Below, piece by piece: positions 58,104-64,000 of a DNA stretch of 64,000 nucleotides. The notes under the pieces were generated by a model that did not search any database, was not told where the DNA came from, and was given only the letters and a program-made list of their open reading frames with translations. A program made the position numbers and the translations under genes. This stretch comes from an uncultured Candidatus Saccharibacteria bacterium (GTDB lineage: Bacteria; Patescibacteriota; Dojkabacteria; B142; JAFGMG01). The stretch spans positions 3,211-67,210 of the forward strand of contig CAYMJM010000003.1 of NCBI GenBank assembly GCA_964391325.1, read 5' to 3'. Every line of letters starts with the position of its first letter. Position 1 is the first letter of the stretch.

Positions 58104-58358
58104 TTAATCTTCCCAGTAAATTTCCTCTAGCCACCAGGATAGCGTATCCGTATCTAGCCTGATTTTAAAAGCGCCCTTGCTGTTAGATACAGAAAATAAG
58201 TGAACAGGAACTGTCCCGTTAGAGGCTTTGGTTATAAGGTTGAGAGAAGTGATCTTATACAGTTTATTTTTCCAAGCAAAAGCACGAATTTGAGGTTTCT
58301 GTTCTCCAAATTGTACCCATACATCTATGGAGTCATGTATATATTCGTATCTACGCAT
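58104..58358 (-). CDS. Small hypothetical protein co-transcribed upstream of dinB (possible YolD/UmuD-like accessory factor)
   Basis: 84 aa ORF ending 4 nt before the dinB start on the same strand; no motif recognised; functional guess from synteny only. Confidence 0.45.
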   Translation of the reverse strand: MRRYEYIHDSIDVWVQFGEQKPQIRAFAWKNKLYKITSLNLITKASNGTVPVHLFSVSNSKGAFKIRLDTDTLSWWLEEIYWED

Positions 58359-58539
58359 GTGAAAGAATAGTAATTTTTATAATATCATACCGAATAAAAA
58401 CCGAAGATACAAGAATTTTTATTAACTTGGTTTCTCTTTAATATTAGCCTATAATTTAATCTGTAACTTACAAAAATATTTTCGTATGCGTGTATTGAAG
58501 AGGTAATAATTCTATTTTTAATTATTAAGAGTTTTATGT

Positions 58540-59421
58540 ATGAATTATCTCAAAAAAGTAGAGGAATCTATAAAGTTTACATGGAAGTATAAAACTTTAT
58601 GGATATTTGGAGCAATTGTTTCGATTTTTGGAGGGGGAGGCTTCTTCAACTCTCCGGGCAATTTTAGTAGTGATCAAAACTCTCAGGTAGCTGATAAAGT
58701 AGAAGAAATATCTGAGTCTCCAACGGCAATTGTACTGATTATTGTATTTTCTATAATTGCTCTTATCCTTGCAGTTATTGGCTGGTATCTAAACAGTGTG
58801 GCAAAAGCTGCATTGATTAATTCCGTCAAGGTTGATGCTGCTGGAGGCAGACCTACTTTTAAAGAAGGTTGGAAATTCGGAAGAACTCTGGCTTTAAGAA
58901 TAATGTGGATGGATGTGATTGGCTTTGGTATCAGTTTAACTATTATTATACCAATTCTCCTTGTGGTCATACTGGGAATTCTTTTTCCACCGTTTTTTAT
59001 ACTTTTCTGCCTGTTGATCCCTCTTGTCATACTGCTTGGTGTACTGTGGGTTATCGTCTATACAGGAGCACTGAGATATCTTGTTCTAAAGGACTTGAGT
59101 GCATGGGATAGTTTAGTATCTGGTTGGAATTTAGCAAAAAGTACTATTGTAGAGTATATCGTAGGAGGGCTGGTTTCGCTACTTACTGGATGTATCTGGG
59201 CTGTAGTTTTAATACCTTTGGCAATAATTTCGGTTATCTTTTTTATACTTCTGGTTGCAATGACATTATTGATAAATCCTATCCTTGCTGTTCTTATACT
59301 GATAATAGGACTTCTGTTAGGGGTGCTGGCTATGGCGTTAGTTAATGCTCCTTATGCTGTATTTACTAACACATATTGGACGAAAGTGGTTATGACGTTA
59401 ATGGAGAAGTTTGAAAAATAG
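58540..59421 (+). CDS. Hypothetical polytopic membrane protein
   Basis: 293 aa, about 6 TM helices, Gly-rich N-terminal loop; no motif. Confidence 0.6.
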   Translation: MNYLKKVEESIKFTWKYKTLWIFGAIVSIFGGGGFFNSPGNFSSDQNSQVADKVEEISESPTAIVLIIVFSIIALILAVIGWYLNSVAKAALINSVKVDAAGGRPTFKEGWKFGRTLALRIMWMDVIGFGISLTIIIPILLVVILGILFPPFFILFCLLIPLVILLGVLWVIVYTGALRYLVLKDLSAWDSLVSGWNLAKSTIVEYIVGGLVSLLTGCIWAVVLIPLAIISVIFFILLVAMTLLINPILAVLILIIGLLLGVLAMALVNAPYAVFTNTYWTKVVMTLMEKFEK

Positions 59422-59434
59422 CTTCAATAGTATT

Positions 59435-60400
59435 ATGTACAAGAAAATTATTGTAGTTGGTGGCCCAACTGCTACAGGAAAGACTAAGCTGGCAATTTCT
59501 GCTGCTTCTATCGTGAATGGAGAAATACTGAATGCGGATTCTATGCAAGTCTACAGTAGTTTAAATATCGGCACTAACAAGGGAGACCTGGCTTCTGCAA
59601 AAAATGTAAGAGAACGCGAAGTTTTATTGGATCAAAAAAAGTTTGTAATCAAGCCCTATTATTTGGAGGGCTCCAAAATAGTTAGTTGGCTATTTGATCT
59701 TGTCCCACCAGATTATAATTTTACTGTTATAGAATATAAGCAATTAGCAGAGCACTTTATTCAAGATATAAGAAGTAGGGGGAAGGTCCCAATTCTTGTG
59801 GGTGGAACAGGATTATATATAGACGCTGTTCTCAGAGATTATAATACACGGGGTCAAGTGAATAGAAAGCTAAGGGAAGAGTTAAAGTATCTTTCAATAC
59901 CTGAGTTGCATACTAGGCTTCTGGAGTTAGATTTTAAGCCGGACCTTCTGAACAATTCTGATAAAAATAACCCCAGACGGTTGATTCGTTTAGTTGAGAA
60001 ATTAAAATCAGAGAATACTCCTATTTATAAAAGCGCTAGCTTTGTTTATGATCACGTATTTCTGTACCCTCGATTTGAGTTTAAAGAATTAGAGCAAAAG
60101 CTAAAGCTGCGAGTAGATAGAATGCTAGCTGAAGGATTTATCATGGAAGTTGAAGAGTTGCTACGCAAGGGATATAGTTCTGAACTAAAAGCTTTGCAAG
60201 CTACGGGATATAGAGAAGTTATTATGTTTTTACAAGGAAAAATTATTTCTATAGAAGAATTAAAGAAAAAAATAGTATTGGCTCATAGGCAGTATGCAAA
60301 GCGGCAAGTTACTTGGTTTGAAGGACGAGGGAGAAACTACGATTTGGTAAGGATTAACTTCGATTCTAAGTCAGATTTAGAAAATTCTCTAGAAATTTGA
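59435..60400 (+). CDS. miaA: tRNA dimethylallyltransferase
   Basis: P-loop GGPTATGKT, ADSMQVY motif; start moved to ATG 59435 (track start 59411 is TTG overlapping upstream gene). Confidence 0.9.
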   Translation: MYKKIIVVGGPTATGKTKLAISAASIVNGEILNADSMQVYSSLNIGTNKGDLASAKNVREREVLLDQKKFVIKPYYLEGSKIVSWLFDLVPPDYNFTVIEYKQLAEHFIQDIRSRGKVPILVGGTGLYIDAVLRDYNTRGQVNRKLREELKYLSIPELHTRLLELDFKPDLLNNSDKNNPRRLIRLVEKLKSENTPIYKSASFVYDHVFLYPRFEFKELEQKLKLRVDRMLAEGFIMEVEELLRKGYSSELKALQATGYREVIMFLQGKIISIEELKKKIVLAHRQYAKRQVTWFEGRGRNYDLVRINFDSKSDLENSLEI

Positions 60401-60475
60401 ATTTTCGGTAAATTTTCGGCATAATAACTTTGAGTTTCTGCTATTAAATTCGGATTACAAGAAGAATTATTCAAT

Positions 60476-61750
60476 ATGAGGCAGTCCAATTTTTTTGAAA
60501 ATAGTCAAGTTAAGAAGAGCTCTTCAAAGCGTCCATTAGCGGATCTAATGAGACCAACTACATTAGAAGACTATCTGGGGCAGGATAAATTAGTAGGAAA
60601 AGAGGGTCCTATCAGCAGAATGATACAGAAAGATGATTTAGTATCCATGGTTCTATGGGGACCACCCGGAAGTGGCAAGACTACACTTGCTGCTATTATT
60701 GCGAAAGAGACTAGCTCATACTTCGTTCAGCTTTCTGCTGTAAGCTCGGGGAAACAAGATGTGGCTAAAGTTATAGATGAAGCTAAGGATGTGTATCAAG
60801 CCTATAATGGCAAAAGAACGATTCTTTTTTTAGATGAAATTCATAGATTTAATAAAGCGCAACAAGACTACTTACTTCCTTATGTGGAGGATGGAACTAT
60901 TATACTAATAGGTGCTACTACAGAAAATCCTTCTTTCGAAGTAAATTCGGCACTACTTTCTAGGATGAGGGTATTTGTGCTGGAGAAATTAAGGCCTGAA
61001 GAAATCAAAAAGCTTCTAGAGCGAGCTGTTAAGTATATATTTGAAGAGACTGGCTTAAAGATTGAGCTAAATGGTAAGGCAAAAAAAATGATGATTAATT
61101 TAGCCAATGGCGATATGCGAAACGCCCTAAATACATTGGAGGTCGCCATTAAGATAGGTGTGACGCACAAGAGTAAAAAATTATTAATTAATCATCAGCT
61201 TATTAAACAAGCAGTGCAGCAATCTCCTCTATATTACGATAAGCAAGGAGAAGAACATTATAATCTTATTTCCGCATTACATAAGTCTATGCGTGCAAGT
61301 GATGCTAATGCAGCTTTGTACTGGTTAGCAAGGATGTTGGAAGCAGGGGAAAAACCAGAGTATATAGCAAGACGTATGCTGAGGTTTGCATCTGAAGATA
61401 TCGGAAACGCAGAGCCATTGGCTGTTATTCTAGCCAATTCTGTCTTTGATTCTGTCCATAAAATAGGTCTGCCCGAATGTAAGGTACATTTAGCACAACT
61501 GGCGATCTTTCTATCTAAAGCTCCAAAAGATAATTCTGCATATATAGGCTATGGGAAAGCCTCTCAGGATGCAAAATCCACTCTAAATTTGGCTGTCCCT
61601 CTCCATCTTCGAAATGCACCTACGGAATTCATGAAAGATATAGGCTATGGGAAAGGATACATTTATGATCATGACTTAAAAAATAAAAAAAGTGGCCAGC
61701 AATGCCTTCCGGATGAATTGCGGGATAGGGATTACCTTTCTTCACCTTAA
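60476..61750 (+). CDS. rarA: Replication-associated recombination protein A (AAA+ ATPase RarA/MgsA)
   Basis: LRPTTLEDYLGQ, Walker A GPPGSGKTTLA, Walker B LFLDEIHRFNK, sensor motifs; 424 aa. Confidence 0.92.
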   Translation: MRQSNFFENSQVKKSSSKRPLADLMRPTTLEDYLGQDKLVGKEGPISRMIQKDDLVSMVLWGPPGSGKTTLAAIIAKETSSYFVQLSAVSSGKQDVAKVIDEAKDVYQAYNGKRTILFLDEIHRFNKAQQDYLLPYVEDGTIILIGATTENPSFEVNSALLSRMRVFVLEKLRPEEIKKLLERAVKYIFEETGLKIELNGKAKKMMINLANGDMRNALNTLEVAIKIGVTHKSKKLLINHQLIKQAVQQSPLYYDKQGEEHYNLISALHKSMRASDANAALYWLARMLEAGEKPEYIARRMLRFASEDIGNAEPLAVILANSVFDSVHKIGLPECKVHLAQLAIFLSKAPKDNSAYIGYGKASQDAKSTLNLAVPLHLRNAPTEFMKDIGYGKGYIYDHDLKNKKSGQQCLPDELRDRDYLSSP

Positions 61751-61823
61751 TTTCATAACTAATTCAGGAATCTATCAGTATTTTGGTTTATAGTCTCCTG
61801 ATTTAAATTTTTATATTACAAGC

Positions 61824-62141
61824 ATGTACTACCATATGCTTCAGATTCTTGGCAGAGCTACGGCAGACGTTGAATTCTCCAATAGTAAGGCCGGGAAGAA
61901 ATATGTCAGAATGTCTATTGCTGTTAATCAGACAGAAAAGGACAAGAAGGAATCAAAGACTTATTACTATGATGCTTTATTATTTGGGAAATCCGCAGAA
62001 AATGCACAAAAGTTAATTAAGAAGGGAGATCTTGTTTTTGTATATGGTAAACCTGACTTCGATGCCTATATTACTAAAGATAAGAAAACAGCAAAGCCCA
62101 GTCTTACATTACTGACTGAGAATTGGCAGGTTATTAAATAA
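61824..62141 (+). CDS. SSB-like OB-fold protein lacking acidic tail (second SSB paralog)
   Basis: 105 aa; the overall pattern (ILGRATADVEF...GKKYVRMSIAVNQ...YYDALLFGKSAEN...KGDLVFVYGK) resembles the SSB OB core; no C-terminal D-D-D-I-P-F-type tail. Confidence 0.55.
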   Translation: MYYHMLQILGRATADVEFSNSKAGKKYVRMSIAVNQTEKDKKESKTYYYDALLFGKSAENAQKLIKKGDLVFVYGKPDFDAYITKDKKTAKPSLTLLTENWQVIK

Positions 62142-62232
62142 ATATTATACGATAATGTCTTCGTACATTACCTGGAACAGAAGAGAAGCTGATTTTCTGG
62201 TATCAGGTTGCTTCAGCTCCCATTATAGTTTA

Positions 62233-62256
62233 TGCCAGCAAGAACTCTTGCTGGCA
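62233..62256. terminator. Perfect 10-bp hairpin (TGCCAGCAAG-AACT-CTTGCTGGCA) between convergent genes; possible terminator
   Basis: Inverted repeat seen directly; weak T-tract (TTCTTCT) downstream on plus strand. Confidence 0.4.
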
Positions 62257-62427
62257 TTCTTCTATAAAAATACTGTCGCCTGACTACTCTAATATTATCT
62301 ACTATAAACGATGAGGCGTTTTCACGATCTGGAAACGCTCATCTCCTCAAGGAAAACTGTCGGAGGCTGTGTAAGCATTTTAAGGATTCAGTCTTATATA
62401 AGAGCCTTTGTCACAAGAGATGTATTT

Positions 62428-63129
62428 CTATAGGGGTTGAGAAGCTTGTATCAGTAGATTTTTTATTTGGCTAATATCTTTTTGCCAGGCTTTACCGTCC
62501 CACCATTCTAGGCCTCTAAATTGTAGTTTGTATATATCAGCAGATCTTGTAGCAGAGCCGAGATAAATATACTTTTTTTGGGTTTCTTTTGCCCATACGA
62601 TTGCTTTGAGCATCATACCCATTCCTACATTAGAAGTCGTTGTGTCTAGTGAGTAAAAAGGGTAGCAGTAATGCAGAATATTGTCTGTATGGAAACAAAT
62701 AGAGTACCCTAGGGGTTTTTGATAATCTGGGTTTTGCTTAATTGGCTGGGCAGGCGAAACGTAGGCCAAAAGTAGGTTGAATTTTTGATTATTCTTCTGA
62801 TAAAGAATCTCGCGGAATTTATTTGCTGTAAAATCAACTACCTTAAACTTTTCTTTATAGAAAGCTTTTCCCTTGGCGATAATAGCCCAGTTTGTTTCAT
62901 TTTTCAATAAAGGCAGTGTAACTTCTACTAAGTTTAAGTTTTGAGTTTTGTTTAAAACCCTATTATTCTCGCTGGTCAAGCTGAATAAACTGAGGTCTAT
63001 GCGCAGACTTCTTGTCTGAATTAAATTGGGGATTCGTGTTAGTACATATCCTTGCGCATAGAGGTTTTCGATTTTCTCTAAACTTAGGCTATTTAGCTCT
63101 TTGCTGTCAGTTTTGTAATAATCGCCCAT
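62428..63129 (-). CDS. Aminoacyl-tRNA--protein transferase-like protein (ATE_C domain, Bpt/Ate1 family)
   Basis: C-terminal HYCYPFYSLD...MLKAIVWAKETQKKYIYLGSATRSADIYKLQFRGLEWWDGKAW parallels the Bpt motif (YTFYDPD...WQIEWAK...YVYLGYWI...KMNYKGRFRPLE..DGEW); 233 aa. Confidence 0.6.
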   Translation of the reverse strand: MGDYYKTDSKELNSLSLEKIENLYAQGYVLTRIPNLIQTRSLRIDLSLFSLTSENNRVLNKTQNLNLVEVTLPLLKNETNWAIIAKGKAFYKEKFKVVDFTANKFREILYQKNNQKFNLLLAYVSPAQPIKQNPDYQKPLGYSICFHTDNILHYCYPFYSLDTTTSNVGMGMMLKAIVWAKETQKKYIYLGSATRSADIYKLQFRGLEWWDGKAWQKDISQIKNLLIQASQPL

Positions 63130-63161
63130 GATATTGATTTAATTGATTAATCTTAGCTTAC

Positions 63162-63389
63162 TTATTTGGGAATGTAAATGTGCTTGATTGTACTGGTTAA
63201 CCCTTTTTTGATAATAATATCCTGCCGAGATGCATCGAAGCTCTTTGAGATTAATTTAATAAGAGCTTCGTTCGCTTTTCCCTTTTCGGGTTGGGCTTTA
63301 ACTGTAGCTTTATAGTCGTAGTCAGGATGACTTATTTTCTGGATCCCCTCTTTATTCCCTCCTGTTTTAATTTTAACTCGTATTAACAT
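63162..63389 (-). CDS. YggU/DUF167 (UPF0235) family protein
   Basis: 75 aa; V.V.P.A..N.V...-type beta pattern with conserved PEKGKANEALIKL core typical of DUF167. Confidence 0.75.
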   Translation of the reverse strand: MLIRVKIKTGGNKEGIQKISHPDYDYKATVKAQPEKGKANEALIKLISKSFDASRQDIIIKKGLTSTIKHIYIPK

Positions 63390-63623
63390 ACTAATTACAT
63401 TATAAATATGAGATTATAACAATTATGCCGTGGTATAATATAACTTCGTATGTATGCTAGTTATAAAATTAATAACGAAATCAAATTTTCATACCCCCTT
63501 ATCAGCGTTAAAGGGGGATTGCCGCATCTTCAGGATTTAATTTCTCAGCAGTTATTGACGAGCCTTAGGAAGTCCAGCCCAAATACGGAAGTGCTAGTAG
63601 TAAGGCGTTTCTCTTCGGATATT

Positions 63624-64000
63624 ATGAGGTTCGTAAATTCCATTGAAATGGTTGATAAAGGAATTACATACGCGGGGTTGTCTCTCACTTTGACAGAGAC
63701 GGGTTTTGATTTTGTAATGAAGGTAGAGGGGCCAGGACAGTATAGCCGGCAGGGAGATAGTATATCTTTTTGGCCTATTGGATATGAACGCCCTATAAGA
63801 GCTGAATTTTTTGATGACACTTTGGAGTCTATGGTCAGCTATGATGAACTATATGGAAGAAAGTATTCCAGTAGGAATAGAGCATTTATTGGCAAAGCTG
63901 ACATCCTCGATGATAAAGTGGAGTGGGCAAATCTGCTATTTCCATCTCAGACTAAGCAAGAGAACTCCACTCTACTTAAATTTGATGAAAACTTTAAGGG
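63624..64000 (+). CDS. Mfd/UvrB-family protein fragment (UvrB-domain-2-like motif; partial, continues past window end)
   Basis: Open frame from 63468 to the window end encodes GFDFVMKVEGPGQYSRQGDSISFWPIGYERPIRAEFFDDTLESMVSYD, matching the Mfd/UvrB motif GEYATRGALLDLFP...PYRLDFFDDEIDSLRVFD; first ATG at 63624, true start uncertain (in-frame GTG 63591). Confidence 0.45.
   Translation, partial: MRFVNSIEMVDKGITYAGLSLTLTETGFDFVMKVEGPGQYSRQGDSISFWPIGYERPIRAEFFDDTLESMVSYDELYGRKYSSRNRAFIGKADILDDKVEWANLLFPSQTKQENSTLLKFDENFK

Noticed and set aside
63545-63820. 91-aa minus-strand ORF
   Set aside because: Antisense to a plus-strand frame open to the window end that encodes a clear Mfd/UvrB-type motif.
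1-64000. Search for CRISPR arrays, transposases, integrases, phage structural genes
   Set aside because: No regularly spaced direct repeats with unique spacers and no recombinase/transposase-like ORFs were found; only the short repeat structures listed as findings.

Overview
This 64 kb window is an AT-rich (roughly 35-38% GC) chromosomal segment from a small-genome bacterium with tightly packed genes and no transposase, integrase or CRISPR array. The gene content (archaeal-type CarS, endonuclease Q-like protein, archaeal/eukaryal-type AspRS, many short housekeeping proteins) is compatible with a Patescibacteria/CPR-like or other reduced Gram-positive-type lineage; this assignment is inference only. 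Content in order: ABC transporter genes, lepA and trpS. Next comes a membrane-lipid cluster of a divergent PAP2 protein, an archaeal-type CDP-archaeol synthase (CarS/DUF46) homolog, a PHP phosphoesterase and a CDP-alcohol phosphatidyltransferase, followed by tRNA-Lys. After small hydrolases comes a repair cluster (ogg, yjbQ, an endonuclease-Q-like PHP/zinc-finger protein), then family-II pyrophosphatase, UvrD helicase and a Fur-family regulator divergent from znuACB. Further on are a U32 peptidase with a rubrerythrin-like protein, a RecD-like helicase, a GC-rich nested palindromic element, RNase J and pyruvate kinase. After tRNA-Cys, tRNA-Leu and gpmI come the first SSB and then MazG and NUDIX. 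Then proS (no editing domain) and an AspRS fused to a YbaK/ProX-like deacylase domain, each preceded by a T-box-like leader. After these comes a division/cell-wall (dcw)-type cluster (mraZ with GTGGTGA direct-repeat operator, rsmH, ftsL-like, ftsI, murA, a Mur-ligase-like protein with degenerate P-loop, a sigma factor, murE), followed by dinB, miaA, rarA, a second SSB-like protein, a Bpt/ATE-like transferase and a partial Mfd-like gene. The ORF track translates alternative start codons (TTG/GTG) as M, so several starts were re-evaluated by hand.
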